Assembly: GCA_045632565.1 (NCBI GenBank)
Contig: JAZQWX010000013.1
Location: 678 to 64,677 of the forward strand
Length of the DNA stretch: 64,000 nt
Direction of reading: 5' to 3'
Source: Eubacteriales bacterium
GTDB lineage: Bacteria; Bacillota; Clostridia; Oscillospirales; CAG-272
Position numbers and translations under genes: made by a program. Of the stretch, positions 37,282-47,251 are shown piece after piece. The notes under the pieces are model-generated. The model had not been told where the DNA came from, searched no databases, and saw only the letters and a program-made list of their open reading frames with translations. Numbering within the stretch: the stretch's first letter is position 1; every line of letters starts with the position of its first letter.

Positions 37282-39680
37282 AATACGAATTTCAATCAGT
37301 AGAAGCAAAATGGCAAAAGAAGTGGGAAGAGGCCCACGCATTTGAAGCACAGGACTACTCCGACAAGCCCAAATTTTACGGACTTGTTGAGTTCCCGTAC
37401 CCCAGCGGCGCAGGCATGCATGTTGGTCATATCAAAGCGTACGGCGGCCTTGAGGTCATTTCCCGTAAGAGAAGAATGCAGGGCTACAACGTCCTGTTCC
37501 CGATCGGCTTTGATGCGTACGGTCTTCCTACCGAGAACTATGCCATCAAGACCGGCATCCACCCCCGCAAGGTGACCGATAATAACATCGAAAAATTCAC
37601 CGCCCAGCTTAAGCGCGTTGGCTTCGCCTTCGATTGGTCTCGCGTGATCGATACCACCGAAGAGGAGTACTACCGCTGGACGCAGTACATTTTCCTCAAG
37701 CTCTTTGAAAAGGGCTATGCGTTCCGTGATACCGCCCTTGTTAACTACTGCCCGAAGTGTAAGGTCGTTCTTTCGAACGAGGATTCGCAGGGCGGTCATT
37801 GTGATATCTGTCACAGTGAGATCGTGCAGAAATCCAAGGACGTTTGGTATTTGCGTATTACGGCTTATGCCGACAAGCTTCTTTCCGGCCTTGATACCGT
37901 CGATTATTTGCCGAACATCAAGCTCCAGCAGGAGAACTGGATCGGCAAATCTACCGGTGCGTTTGTAAACTTCACTGTCAACGAAAGCGGTGACGCGCTC
38001 CGTATCTACACCACGCGTCCCGATACCCTTTACGGTGTTACGTTCATGGTCATTGCGCCCGAGCATCCCTTGGTGGATAAGCTGTCCGAGAAGATCGGCA
38101 ACATGGATGCCGTTCTTCGCTACCGTGAAGAGTGCGCCAAGAAGACCGAATTCGAGCGTACCCTGCTGGTCAAGGAGAAGACCGGTGTACGCCTTGACGG
38201 CATCACCGCTAAAAACCCCGTATCCGGCAAGGATATTCCGATCTACATTGCCGACTACGTTATGATGGGCTACGGTACCGGCGCGATCATGGCTGTGCCC
38301 GCACATGATGAGCGTGACTATGAATTTGCCAAGATGTTCGGCATTGATATCATCCCCGTTATTGAGGGCGGTGATATGGAAAAGGGTGCTTATACAGGCG
38401 ACGGCAAAATGATCAATTCCGGCTTCCTCAACGGCATTGATAACAAAAAAGACGCGATCGCCGCGATGCTTTCCCACCTTGGAAAAGAGGGAATTGGCGA
38501 AGCAGGCGTACAGTTCAAGATGAAGGACTGGGCCTTTAACCGTCAGCGTTATTGGGGCGAGCCGATTCCGATCGTGCATTGTCCCGCGTGCGGCATGGTT
38601 CCTGTGCCGTATGAGGATCTGCCGCTTCGTCTTCCCGAGGTAGAGGAGTTTGCCCCCGGCGAGGGCGGCGAAAGCCCGCTTGCCAAGGTAGAGAGCTTTG
38701 TGAAGTGCCAATGCCCCCGTTGCGGTAAGGATGCCCGCCGTGAAACCGATACCATGCCTCAGTGGGCAGGCTCTTCCTGGTATTTCCTGCGCTACATCGA
38801 TCCGAAGAACGACAAGGCGCTTGCCGATCCCGAAAAGCTGAAGTATTGGATGCCGGTTGACTGGTATAACGGCGGTATGGAGCACGTTACCCGCCACATG
38901 ATCTATTCCCGCTTCTGGCACAAGTTCCTGTACGATATTGGTGACGTTCCCACCGAGGAACCGTATGCCAAGCGTACCGCGCAGGGTCTGATCCTTGGTC
39001 CTGACGGTGAAAAGATGTCCAAATCCAAGGGCAACGTCGTTGACCCCAACGACGTGGTAGATGCTTACGGCGCAGACGTTCTGCGTACCTACATCCTCTT
39101 TATGGGTGACTATGCCAGCGCTGCTCCGTGGTCGGATACGGGCGTGCGCGGTGCCAAGCGCTTCCTTGACCGTTTTGCCGACGTGTACGATATGGTAACG
39201 GACGCCCCCTCCTCGCCCTCGCTCGAAAGTGCTGTGCACAAGACCATCAAAAAGGTAAGCGAAGATATCGAGGAAATGAAGTTCAATACGGCGATTGCCG
39301 CTATGATGGGTCTTCTGAATACCATCAATGAAGAGAAGAGCATCAATCGCGAGGATTACAAGCTTCTTGTCCGCCTGCTTTGTCCCTTCGCCCCCCACCT
39401 TGCGGAGGAGCTTTGGGAAATGCTCGGTGGAGCAGGTCTTTGCTCGCTTGCCGCTTGGCCGGAATGTGATGAAAGCAAGACGGTCGATCAAACGGTGGAA
39501 ATGGCCGTTCAGATTAACGGTAAGCTTCGCGGAACCGTTACTCTGGATAAAAACGCATCCCGCGAGGATGCCCTTGCCGCTGCCAAGGCTGACGAAAAGA
39601 TCAAGGCGCAGCTCGATGGCAAGACGATCGTGAAGGAGATCGTTGTTCCCGGCAAGATCATCAACATCGTAGTAAAATAA
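37278..39680 (+). CDS. leuS: Leucine--tRNA ligase
   Basis: 800 aa with HVGH (HIGH-type) and KMSKS motifs. ATGA overlap with rsfS, so there is no room for a T-box leader. Confidence 0.95.
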   Translation: MKYEFQSVEAKWQKKWEEAHAFEAQDYSDKPKFYGLVEFPYPSGAGMHVGHIKAYGGLEVISRKRRMQGYNVLFPIGFDAYGLPTENYAIKTGIHPRKVTDNNIEKFTAQLKRVGFAFDWSRVIDTTEEEYYRWTQYIFLKLFEKGYAFRDTALVNYCPKCKVVLSNEDSQGGHCDICHSEIVQKSKDVWYLRITAYADKLLSGLDTVDYLPNIKLQQENWIGKSTGAFVNFTVNESGDALRIYTTRPDTLYGVTFMVIAPEHPLVDKLSEKIGNMDAVLRYREECAKKTEFERTLLVKEKTGVRLDGITAKNPVSGKDIPIYIADYVMMGYGTGAIMAVPAHDERDYEFAKMFGIDIIPVIEGGDMEKGAYTGDGKMINSGFLNGIDNKKDAIAAMLSHLGKEGIGEAGVQFKMKDWAFNRQRYWGEPIPIVHCPACGMVPVPYEDLPLRLPEVEEFAPGEGGESPLAKVESFVKCQCPRCGKDARRETDTMPQWAGSSWYFLRYIDPKNDKALADPEKLKYWMPVDWYNGGMEHVTRHMIYSRFWHKFLYDIGDVPTEEPYAKRTAQGLILGPDGEKMSKSKGNVVDPNDVVDAYGADVLRTYILFMGDYASAAPWSDTGVRGAKRFLDRFADVYDMVTDAPSSPSLESAVHKTIKKVSEDIEEMKFNTAIAAMMGLLNTINEEKSINREDYKLLVRLLCPFAPHLAEELWEMLGGAGLCSLAAWPECDESKTVDQTVEMAVQINGKLRGTVTLDKNASREDALAAAKADEKIKAQLDGKTIVKEIVVPGKIINIVVK

Positions 39681-39704
39681 TTTTCAATATTTTTCGAAAA
39701 ACAC

Positions 39705-39733
39705 TTGACATTACCAATCATTTGCAGTATAAT
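39705..39733 (+). promoter_or_regulatory. Sigma-A promoter for rpsU: TTGACA 39705-39710, 17-nt spacer, TATAAT 39728-39733
   Basis: Consensus hexamers read directly from the sequence. Confidence 0.7.
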
Positions 39734-39782
39734 ACCAAAGAGATTAAGTTCTCTTTGCACAAGCGGAGGGAGGGGATATATA

Positions 39783-39959
39783 ATGGCAGAAGTACGAGTT
39801 AAAGAAAATGAAACTCTCGACAGCGCTCTGCGTCGCTTTAAGCGGCAGTACGTCAAGTCCGGTGTTCCTACCGAACTGCGTAAGAGAGAGTGCTACGAAA
39901 AACCGAGCGTAAGACGCAAGAAAAAGTCCGAAGCTGCAAGAAAACGTAAGTACAAGTAA
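39783..39959 (+). CDS. rpsU: 30S ribosomal protein S21
   Basis: 58 aa, [21 protein letters not shown]..., from the internal ATG of ORF 39705..39959, behind GGAGGGAGGGG. Confidence 0.93.
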   Translation: MAEVRVKENETLDSALRRFKRQYVKSGVPTELRKRECYEKPSVRRKKKSEAARKRKYK

Positions 39960-39963
39960 TCTC

Positions 39964-39997
39964 AAAAAAACCGACAGCATCTGCTGTCGGTTTTTTC
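39964..39997 (+). terminator. Intrinsic terminator after rpsU
   Basis: Stem CCGACAGC 39971-39978 pairs with GCTGTCGG 39983-39990, followed by T6. Confidence 0.85.
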
Positions 39998-40041
39998 TTT
40001 TTCTTGTGAATTTTACAATTCAAGAAAAGGAACGCCCGGGA

Positions 40042-40048
40042 GATACTA
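40042..40048 (+). promoter_or_regulatory. Possible forespore-type -10 element GATACTA upstream of the pdaA-like gene
   Basis: 6 of 7 matches to the sigma-G-type CATnnTA. The same 10-mer AGATACTAAC occurs upstream of spoVT. No convincing -35 element was found. Confidence 0.2.
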
Positions 40049-40079
40049 ACCGTGATCAAAAAGAAAACGGTGAAGGTAT

Positions 40080-40880
40080 ATGAAAAAACACGCATATTGG
40101 AATTGGACGCTTGCTATGGCGATCTGCCTTGTATTTTCTGTCATATTTTCCGTTGTTACCTTAGCGAGTGAAAAAGAAAAGGCCTACAATTGGTTTGTCA
40201 GACACAACGATACCCATACCCAGCCCATAACCGATGCCACACAGCGCTTGGTGGAACGGTATAACGGGTATCATATCGATAAAAAGCACGGTGACGGATG
40301 TGAGGAGAAGGTTCTCTATCTGACCTTTGATGCCGGATACGAGAATGGGAACATCGAGAAAATTATGGACGTTCTTTCGGAAGAAGGTGTACCTGCCGCG
40401 TTTTTTGTCCTGAAAAGGATCATTTTGAATAATCCGGAGCTTGTCAAACGAATGGAAGCGGAAGGGCACTTGGTTTGTAATCACACCATGAGTCACCCGG
40501 ATACCACCACCCTCTCAAAGGAAGCCTTTGAAAAAGAAGTGAACGGACTTGCCGATCTATACCGCAACTGTACCGGGAACGAGATCGCACCCTATTATCG
40601 TCCGCCGGAAGGCCGTTATAATGAAAAAACCTTGCAGTACGCCAAGGAGCTTGGATATAAAACGGTATTCTGGAGCATAGCATATGCGGATTGGGATAAT
40701 GACAAGCAGCCCGATCCCGAAAAAGCCAAAGAAAAACTGCTTTCAAGGACGCATAATGGCGCGGTAATCCTTCTGCATCCGACCTCGGCAACCAATGCAG
40801 AGATCATGCGGGATCTGATCCGCGAATGGAAAGCCTTGGGGTATCGCTTTGGCACCTTGGATGAGTTGACCTCCGCATGA
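40080..40880 (+). CDS. pdaA: Polysaccharide deacetylase, PdaA-like (delta-lactam-biosynthetic de-N-acetylase type)
   Basis: NodB-domain motifs (LTFDAGYENG, NHTMSHP, LLHP) and close resemblance by eye to Bacillus PdaA. Confidence 0.75.
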   Translation: MKKHAYWNWTLAMAICLVFSVIFSVVTLASEKEKAYNWFVRHNDTHTQPITDATQRLVERYNGYHIDKKHGDGCEEKVLYLTFDAGYENGNIEKIMDVLSEEGVPAAFFVLKRIILNNPELVKRMEAEGHLVCNHTMSHPDTTTLSKEAFEKEVNGLADLYRNCTGNEIAPYYRPPEGRYNEKTLQYAKELGYKTVFWSIAYADWDNDKQPDPEKAKEKLLSRTHNGAVILLHPTSATNAEIMRDLIREWKALGYRFGTLDELTSA

Positions 40881-41596
40881 GAATACGATCCTTTTGCAGG
40901 AGATGCGCGGTTGCTCTGCTTGCGCTCCTGTTGAGCTTTTCTTTGTTTCTTTTTCCCGTGTCGGGCAGGGAAACCATTGGTGTTTATTCAAGGGCTAACA
41001 CAGGCGAAAAGGTGATTGCATTTACCTTTGATGACGGCCCGCATCCGCATTATACGGATGAGATCCTTTCGATACTCGAAAAAGAGAATGTGAGAGCTAC
41101 CTTTTTTGAGATCGGCGTGAATATTGCCGAATATCCGGAAATTACACGTCGTGTAGCAGCGGCAGGACACGAGATCGGTAACCATTCGTATACCCATCCC
41201 ATCGGTCGTGCCACCGATCCCTCTATCTGGGAAGAAGAGATCCGAAAGACGGATGTGCTCTTGGCAGAGCTTGGCATTGAGAAGCCCACATTGTTTCGTC
41301 CCCCACAGGGGAAATGCCCTACAGGGCTTACAGAGCTGCTTGCCTCGACCAACAAAATTGCGATCCTTTGGAATATTGATACTCGCGATTGGGAGCATCG
41401 CAGCACGGATGAGATCGTAAAAGAGGTAGAGGGTAATCTGCGCGGTGGAGATATCGTGCTGTTTCATGACTTTGTCAGCGCAGAAAGCACCACCATTCCC
41501 GCTATAAAAAAATTGATACCCGCACTGAAACAGCGCGGATATCAATTTGTAACCGTATCGGAGCTGCTTGACACCTACGTGTTCAAGAGCCGATAA
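40877..41596 (+). CDS. Polysaccharide deacetylase family protein (NodB domain)
   Basis: Signal/TM N-terminus plus TFDDGP and GNHSYTHP motifs. ATGA overlap with the preceding gene. Confidence 0.85.
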   Translation: MRIRSFCRRCAVALLALLLSFSLFLFPVSGRETIGVYSRANTGEKVIAFTFDDGPHPHYTDEILSILEKENVRATFFEIGVNIAEYPEITRRVAAAGHEIGNHSYTHPIGRATDPSIWEEEIRKTDVLLAELGIEKPTLFRPPQGKCPTGLTELLASTNKIAILWNIDTRDWEHRSTDEIVKEVEGNLRGGDIVLFHDFVSAESTTIPAIKKLIPALKQRGYQFVTVSELLDTYVFKSR

Positions 41597-42589
41597 TTAT
41601 TCAGCAGCCTCTGACAGTCCGGCGTCTTCTGCGTCGGGCTGTTTTTCGGCTCCGTAGGGATCGATCATAATTTCCTTGATCTTGTAGTAAGCGGCGTAGG
41701 TAGACATAAAAGCACCGTTTGAGAACAGGAGCACGATCGGGAACAGGATCGCCGCCGCCGAAAGCACACCGTAAAAGCCGATGGCCAAGGCAAGATTGAT
41801 GGCAAGCAGCGCCAGGATGCCGAGCGTAGCCATCATGTTCCGCTTGAAACCGACAAGAGAGAAGATCAGAGAATTTTTGAGGATCTTTTTGATAGGCAGA
41901 TCAAAGGTTACCATCTGAATGTAGATGTAAAACCGCATCCAGAAATACAGAAGAGCAATGACGACTGTAATGCCCAGCATAATGCCGCCGAAAATGCCGC
42001 TCGGAGTGGAGAGAAGATACACAATGTCAAAGGGAATGAGGAAGAGCAAGATAGCATCTAAAATGCCGAAGGGAAGTGCCTGCTTCCAGTTGCGGCGCAC
42101 CGCGTAGATAAAATCCGAAAAGATGAATACGGGATCGCCCTTTACCATATTTCGCAGGATATAGGTCGTTCCCACGTTCACAACACCAAAGGTGAAGAGG
42201 ACCAAGAGAGAAAGTCCAAAGAAGATATAGGTTGCCGTTGTCATGGCAGAGGCTTCGTATTGCACTCCCTCAATACCGTACAGCATCAAATTGAATGCGG
42301 AAGGCTCGCTTTGCTGGCCAAGCAGACCAAACAAAAGGGGGAATGAGGGAGAAGAGGGCGCAAAATAGATGATGCGCGTTAAGGTTGACATGGCAATTGC
42401 TGCAAAAAGCAACGGGAAGTTGCCAAGAACGAACAATAGGTTCACACTCAGCAAGCGGGTGAAATACAGCTTGTATTTGATGAAAAAGCCCTTGAGATCC
42501 GGCTTTGTATAAACGTCGCTTTTCTCAACCCCGCGCCCCTCGCGTTGTGAATCAAAAAGCTTGAATTTTTTGTTTCCTTTGTTTTTCAT
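41597..42589 (-). CDS. Polytopic membrane protein, possibly DUF624/YesL-like
   Basis: Internal ATG 42589 (MKNKGNKKF...) lies behind GAGG. It has about 6-7 hydrophobic segments. The family call is tentative. Confidence 0.55.
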   Translation of the reverse strand: MKNKGNKKFKLFDSQREGRGVEKSDVYTKPDLKGFFIKYKLYFTRLLSVNLLFVLGNFPLLFAAIAMSTLTRIIYFAPSSPSFPLLFGLLGQQSEPSAFNLMLYGIEGVQYEASAMTTATYIFFGLSLLVLFTFGVVNVGTTYILRNMVKGDPVFIFSDFIYAVRRNWKQALPFGILDAILLFLIPFDIVYLLSTPSGIFGGIMLGITVVIALLYFWMRFYIYIQMVTFDLPIKKILKNSLIFSLVGFKRNMMATLGILALLAINLALAIGFYGVLSAAAILFPIVLLFSNGAFMSTYAAYYKIKEIMIDPYGAEKQPDAEDAGLSEAAE

Positions 42590-42600
42590 GATAGACCTCA

Positions 42601-43230
42601 TTACAGTATTAAGCTTAGCATGGCACACATCGCCAAAAAAGAAAGACAGCTTATCAAAATTTTTACAAAATAAGAACATATTTCACGGCAGACGGCAAAA
42701 GGTCGATGCCATCCCAACGTTAGAAAACGTTCAAACAAAGCCGATGATCGGGAAGAAAAGTAGATAAGCAGGGCGCAAAATGCAGCCTCTTTTCCCAAAA
42801 AAGCAAGAAAAAACGGTGAGGGAAGAAGGCCGACGCGAAAAAGAGCCAGAGCGTGTGCTAAGGCTACGCCACACCAAATTCCCCGAAGCAGGCAGGCCGC
42901 CCCGCCGAAAATAGAAGCCAAAATCGTTACGGAAGAAAGAAAAACGGAAGCCAGAAAACCAAGTTCCCATCGATAACAACTCAAAAACGAAAGGAAATTT
43001 TGCGGCAGATCATGAAGATCCAAAGCCATCGCCGTTTCAAACCGAACGAGAAGCGAGCAAGAAAAGGACATAGCAGAGGGGGATAGGATCGCATATAGCA
43101 GCATTCCGCCAAGAAAAGCAAACAGGAAGATCAGTGCAAAGCGCAGGGGAAACCACGTTTCATTCTGTCTTCCCATTGTGCGTACAAACGCACGCGGTCT
43201 GACGGATATAACGGCATTTTCACAATTCAT
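42601..43230 (-). CDS. Hypothetical polytopic membrane protein
   Basis: The 209-aa ORF has an AGGAG RBS and multiple hydrophobic segments. It ends 11 nt upstream of the next minus-strand gene. SpoIIM-like architecture is possible but unsupported. Confidence 0.5.
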   Translation of the reverse strand: MNCENAVISVRPRAFVRTMGRQNETWFPLRFALIFLFAFLGGMLLYAILSPSAMSFSCSLLVRFETAMALDLHDLPQNFLSFLSCYRWELGFLASVFLSSVTILASIFGGAACLLRGIWCGVALAHALALFRVGLLPSPFFLAFLGKEAAFCALLIYFSSRSSALFERFLTLGWHRPFAVCREICSYFVKILISCLSFLAMCAMLSLIL

Positions 43231-43354
43231 AAGGCAAGCTCCTTTTTCTCATTTTATGAGGGGAAGTCTGCCTTTTATGATGTTACCTCTTACTATACCA
43301 TGTTTTTGATATAATTTCAACATCAAATTGTGAATTTATATCAAAATCACACCC

Positions 43355-43382
43355 TTGACAGCCCTGCTTTTGGTGATATAAT
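43355..43382 (+). promoter_or_regulatory. Sigma-A promoter: TTGACA 43355-43360, 16-nt spacer, TGaTATAAT
   Basis: Consensus hexamers upstream of the GNAT gene. Confidence 0.6.
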
Positions 43383-43415
43383 AGGATCAAAGAACTGCAA
43401 AAAGGGGGGGATATC

Positions 43416-43982
43416 GTGAAAGTCAATACGCCAAAGGCTTTGTTTGACGAAATGTCTGAAATCCGAACGCCCCGCCTTATTTTGCGCCGTTTGCAGCCGC
43501 GTGATGCCGCGGATATGTACGAATATGCCTCTTTATCGGCAGTAACGCGCTATTTGCTTTGGGATCCCCATCCCGATCTGACGTATACAAAACGGTATCT
43601 GGCATACGTGCAAGGGCGTTACCGCTTGGGAGATTTTTACGATCTGGCTGTCATTGAAAAGAATGAGGGAAAAATGATTGGCACATGCGGCTTCGTTCGG
43701 TTCGATGAAGCCAACCGATCGGGCGAGGTCGGGTATGTGCTGAATCCCGCCTATCATCGCTGCGGTTACGGAACGGAGGCGCTTGGTGCTATCCTGCATT
43801 TCGGTTTTTCGCGGCTGGGACTTCACCGCATAGAGGCTCGCTTTATGAAAGACAACGTCGCCAGCCGCCGCTTGGCCGAAAAATGCGGGATGCAGTTTGA
43901 AGGAATACACCGTGACCTTCTCATGATAAAGGGAAAATATGAAGATATCGGTATCTCGGCTGCCATTCGGCAGGATGAATAA
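43416..43982 (+). CDS. GNAT-family N-acetyltransferase (RimJ/RimL-like)
   Basis: GTG start behind GGGGGG. The RimL-like sequence includes LHRIEARFMKDNVASRRLAEKCGM. Confidence 0.82.
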   Translation: MKVNTPKALFDEMSEIRTPRLILRRLQPRDAADMYEYASLSAVTRYLLWDPHPDLTYTKRYLAYVQGRYRLGDFYDLAVIEKNEGKMIGTCGFVRFDEANRSGEVGYVLNPAYHRCGYGTEALGAILHFGFSRLGLHRIEARFMKDNVASRRLAEKCGMQFEGIHRDLLMIKGKYEDIGISAAIRQDE

Positions 43983-44008
43983 AAAAGCCCCGTTTTCGGG
44001 GCTTTTTC
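43983..44008 (+). terminator. Intrinsic terminator after the GNAT gene
   Basis: Stem AAGCCCCG pairs with CGGGGCTT, followed by a T-run. Confidence 0.8.
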
Positions 44009-44067
44009 ATATTTTTTACGCGTTCCCCATATAGATAGACCAACTATAAAAAACGGGAGAACGTGCT

Positions 44068-45225
44068 ATGAAACGAATGTTGTGTGCCTTTTTAGCAATA
44101 TTATGCTGTACAGCGGGTATTATTTGTGCAATGCAGAACTTGTCTGCCGCCGAAACGGTCAACCTTCATCTTGATGCGACTTCAGCAGTCCTGATGGAGG
44201 CTGAAACGGGAAAGATCTTATATGAGCAGAATGCAGATGAGCAGCTACCGCCCGCATCTATCACGAAGATCATGACGCTTTTGCTGGTGATGGAGGCAAT
44301 CGATGCCGGCAAAATCAAGCTGACGGACACCGTTACCGCCAGCGAGCGTGCCGCTTCTATGGGTGGCTCGCAGATCTTTTTAAAGGTTGGCGAGCAGATG
44401 TGTGTGGAGGATCTTCTCAAATCCGTGGTAATTGCCAGCGCCAATGATGCGGCAGCGGCCCTTGCGGAGCATCTTTGCGGCTCAATTGAAACCTTTGTGG
44501 AACGCATGAATGTCCGCGCTGCAGAGCTGGGGCTGAAAAATACCCATTTTGAAAACACAAACGGACTTGATGACACCACCACGGCGCACTATACAAGTGC
44601 CCGTGACGTGGCTATTATGTCAAGAGCCTTGATCGACCATCCTCTGATCCTGACGTACAGCTCCATTTGGATGGATACGATCCGCGACGGTGCTTTCGGG
44701 TTGACCAATACAAACAGACTCGTTCGCTTTTACCCCGGTGCAACGGGACTGAAAACCGGCTCTACCGCCAAGGCAAAGTTTTGCATCAGCGCCACGGCAG
44801 AACGGGACGGCATGCATCTGATTGCGGTGATCATGGGCTCACCCACAAGGGACATCCGCAATGAGGAGGCCAAAAAGCTGCTGGATTATGGCTTTGCGAA
44901 TTTTGCCCTCTTTCACGGTGAAGAAGAGGACTTGGGAGAGCTGGCCGTTTTGGGCGGAACGGCCGACCTGTGTCGCGTGCGGCAAAAGGAATTTTGCGCT
45001 TTGACCGACAAAGGGCTGGCAGGGAAGATCACCAAGAAGATCAGCCTGCCGCCGTCCTTGACTGCGCCGATCGAAAACGGACAAAAAATCGGAACGGTAT
45101 CCTACTATGCAAACGATACCCTGATCGGTGAATGTGATATCGTGGCGACCGAGTCGATCGGGAAGATTTCACTTTGGGATATCTTTTTCCGAATTTTGAA
45201 AAATTGTTTTGCTGTGATCGGATAA
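44068..45225 (+). CDS. D-alanyl-D-alanine carboxypeptidase (DacA/DacF-like)
   Basis: Signal peptide, SITKIMT (SxxK), SAND (SxN-type) and KTGST (KTG) motifs. Confidence 0.88.
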   Translation: MKRMLCAFLAILCCTAGIICAMQNLSAAETVNLHLDATSAVLMEAETGKILYEQNADEQLPPASITKIMTLLLVMEAIDAGKIKLTDTVTASERAASMGGSQIFLKVGEQMCVEDLLKSVVIASANDAAAALAEHLCGSIETFVERMNVRAAELGLKNTHFENTNGLDDTTTAHYTSARDVAIMSRALIDHPLILTYSSIWMDTIRDGAFGLTNTNRLVRFYPGATGLKTGSTAKAKFCISATAERDGMHLIAVIMGSPTRDIRNEEAKKLLDYGFANFALFHGEEEDLGELAVLGGTADLCRVRQKEFCALTDKGLAGKITKKISLPPSLTAPIENGQKIGTVSYYANDTLIGECDIVATESIGKISLWDIFFRILKNCFAVIG

Positions 45226-45240
45226 AATGACAAATTTTTA

Positions 45241-45269
45241 TTGCATTTTTGTTTGTTTTCGTTTATAAT
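45241..45269 (+). promoter_or_regulatory. Candidate sigma-A promoter for pgi: TTGCAT 45241-45246, 17-nt spacer, TATAAT 45264-45269
   Basis: Hexamers read directly from the sequence. Confidence 0.55.
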
Positions 45270-45304
45270 AATGACAGGAATATATTTACTTTGGAGGTTC
45301 TACC

Positions 45305-46645
45305 ATGTCTGTAAAAATCAATGACAAATTTGTTGCCCCTTTCGTTCGCGCACATGAAATCGAAAACCTTCGTCCCGCCCTCGAAACCGCTTTTGAAACC
45401 GTTTTGAAAAAGAACGGCGCGGGCAACGATTTTCTCGGTTGGCTCGACCTTCCCGTAAACTATGATAAGGAAGAATTTGCCCGCATCAAGGTGGCGGCAG
45501 AGAAGATCAAAAAAAGCTGCGATATCTTGGTCGTTCTCGGTATCGGCGGCTCTTACCTCGGTGCTCGTGCGGCGATCGAGTTTGTTAAATCTCCCCTGTA
45601 TAACGAGCTGAAGAAGGATACCCCCTCGGTATACTTTGCAGGAAACAATATCAGCCCCAACGCTCTCTCGGAGCTGCTTTCGATCTGCGAGGGACGTGAC
45701 GTTTGCATCAACGTGATCAGCAAATCCGGCACGACCACCGAGCCGGCTATCGCATTCCGCGTATTCCGTGAATGGCTTGTCAACAAGTACGGTGTAGACG
45801 GCGCTCGTGAGCGTATCTTCGTAACCACGGATAAGTGCCGCGGCACGCTGAAAAAGTTCTCTGATGAAAGCGGCTATGAAACCTTCGTTGTTCCGGATGA
45901 CGTTGGCGGCCGTTTCTCGGTTCTCACAGCCGTTGGTCTTCTCCCCATCGCCGTAGCAGGTATTGACATTGATGCCATGATGCAGGGCGCAGCCGATGCA
46001 AGAGTCGCCCTGACCGGTAAGGATATCGAAAACAACGAGGCACTGAAGTATGCCGCCCTGCGTACCATTCTGTACAGAAAGGGCTGCGTCACCGAAATCA
46101 TGGTAGGCTATGAGCCGTATACTTTGATGATCTGCGAATGGTGGAAGCAGCTCTTCGGTGAAAGCGAAGGCAAGGATCATAAGGGACTTTTGCCGGATTC
46201 CGTCAACTTTTCGACCGATCTTCACTCGCTCGGCCAGTATATCCAGGACGGCGTTCGCAACCTCTTTGAAACGGTGCTTGACGTCAAGAACCCCGGCTGT
46301 AGCTTTACCATTCCGAACGATCCTGCCAACGTGGACGGTCTGAACTTCCTTTCCGGCAAGGATCTGGATTACGTGAACAAAACGGCTATGCTCGGTACTC
46401 TGCTCGCCCACACGGATGGCGGCGTGCCTAATATCGTCCTTGAAATTGAAGACCGAAGCGCACATTCTCTTGGTTATCTCTTCTATTTCTTTGAGATTGC
46501 CTGTGCGGTGGACGGCTATATGCTGGGTGTCAATCCGTTCGATCAGCCCGGCGTAGAAGCATATAAAAAGAACATGTTCGCTCTGCTGGGCAAGCCCGGT
46601 TATGAGGCAGAACGCGAAATTCTTCAAAAACGCATCCAAAATTAA
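45305..46645 (+). CDS. pgi: Glucose-6-phosphate isomerase
   Basis: 446 aa with a Firmicute-type PGI sequence ([20 protein letters not shown]). GGAGG RBS. Confidence 0.93.
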   Translation: MSVKINDKFVAPFVRAHEIENLRPALETAFETVLKKNGAGNDFLGWLDLPVNYDKEEFARIKVAAEKIKKSCDILVVLGIGGSYLGARAAIEFVKSPLYNELKKDTPSVYFAGNNISPNALSELLSICEGRDVCINVISKSGTTTEPAIAFRVFREWLVNKYGVDGARERIFVTTDKCRGTLKKFSDESGYETFVVPDDVGGRFSVLTAVGLLPIAVAGIDIDAMMQGAADARVALTGKDIENNEALKYAALRTILYRKGCVTEIMVGYEPYTLMICEWWKQLFGESEGKDHKGLLPDSVNFSTDLHSLGQYIQDGVRNLFETVLDVKNPGCSFTIPNDPANVDGLNFLSGKDLDYVNKTAMLGTLLAHTDGGVPNIVLEIEDRSAHSLGYLFYFFEIACAVDGYMLGVNPFDQPGVEAYKKNMFALLGKPGYEAEREILQKRIQN

Positions 46646-46677
46646 CAAAAAATCTTGGAAATTATTAAAAAAACTAT

Positions 46678-46706
46678 TGAAATTCCACAGAAATTAGTGT
46701 ATCATA
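46678..46706 (+). promoter_or_regulatory. Candidate promoter for the P-loop gene: TTGAAA 46678-46683, 17-nt spacer, TATCAT 46701-46706
   Basis: Hexamers read directly from the sequence, about 50 nt upstream of ATG 46757. Confidence 0.4.
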
Positions 46707-46756
46707 AAGGTAGAAGTGGATTTCATCCACGAACACTATCGTAAAGGAGAAGGATT

Positions 46757-47164
46757 ATGGTAAAACTTATTGTCGGCGTAAGAGGAACAGGTAAGACCAA
46801 GACACTCATTGACATGGTAAATGAGGTTGCCTCGAAAAGTAAGGGCTCTGTTATCTGCATCGAAAAGGGAAATAAATTGAATTTTGACATCACGCACAAG
46901 GCTCGTTTGATCGACGCAGATGCGTACGCCATCGCGGATGCACAGGCACTTTATGGATTTGTAGCAGGCATTGCTGCCAGCGATCACGATATCACCGATC
47001 TCTTTATTGACTCCACGCTCAAGATCTGTGCAGAGGACGTAGCGGCTTATGAAAAGCTCGTTCTTGAGATCGCCGCACTGGCTGAGAAGATCGGCTTTAA
47101 CGTTGTCATGACCGCTTCTATGCCGGCTGAAAATTGCCCTGAGGCTCTGCGTCAGTACATCTGA
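46757..47164 (+). CDS. Hypothetical minimal P-loop NTPase (135 aa)
   Basis: AAAGGAGA RBS. Walker A GVRGTGKT at residues 7-14, and a possible Walker B LFID at residues 82-85. No recognised family. Confidence 0.7.
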   Translation: MVKLIVGVRGTGKTKTLIDMVNEVASKSKGSVICIEKGNKLNFDITHKARLIDADAYAIADAQALYGFVAGIAASDHDITDLFIDSTLKICAEDVAAYEKLVLEIAALAEKIGFNVVMTASMPAENCPEALRQYI

Positions 47165-47194
47165 TCTCTGTCAGTTTTCTCCCAATTGCATATC

Positions 47195-47236
47195 ATATTA
47201 TCGAGGCGCGTTATGTGTCCTCGATAATATTTTTTA
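47195..47236 (+). terminator. Strong intrinsic terminator after the P-loop gene
   Basis: 12-bp stem ATATTATCGAGG 47195-47206 pairs with CCTCGATAATAT 47219-47230, followed by T-run 47230-47235. Confidence 0.8.
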
Positions 47237-47251
47237 GGGGGAATAACACCA

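Noticed and set aside
37296-39491. A 731-aa ORF antisense to leuS. Similar long antisense ORFs lie over pgi (45263..46648), smc (30317..31342 and 31436..32896), ftsY (32835..33683), galE (61535..62356), lon (17576..20002, in pieces), the PHP gene (50800..51744) and era (6179..6973).
   Set aside because: Each lies fully inside a gene with clear homology on the other strand. They lack an RBS and show Arg/Gly/His/Val-rich composition typical of reverse-complement translation. The pattern tracks codon bias rather than a second coding layer. Only ribosome profiling could overturn this.
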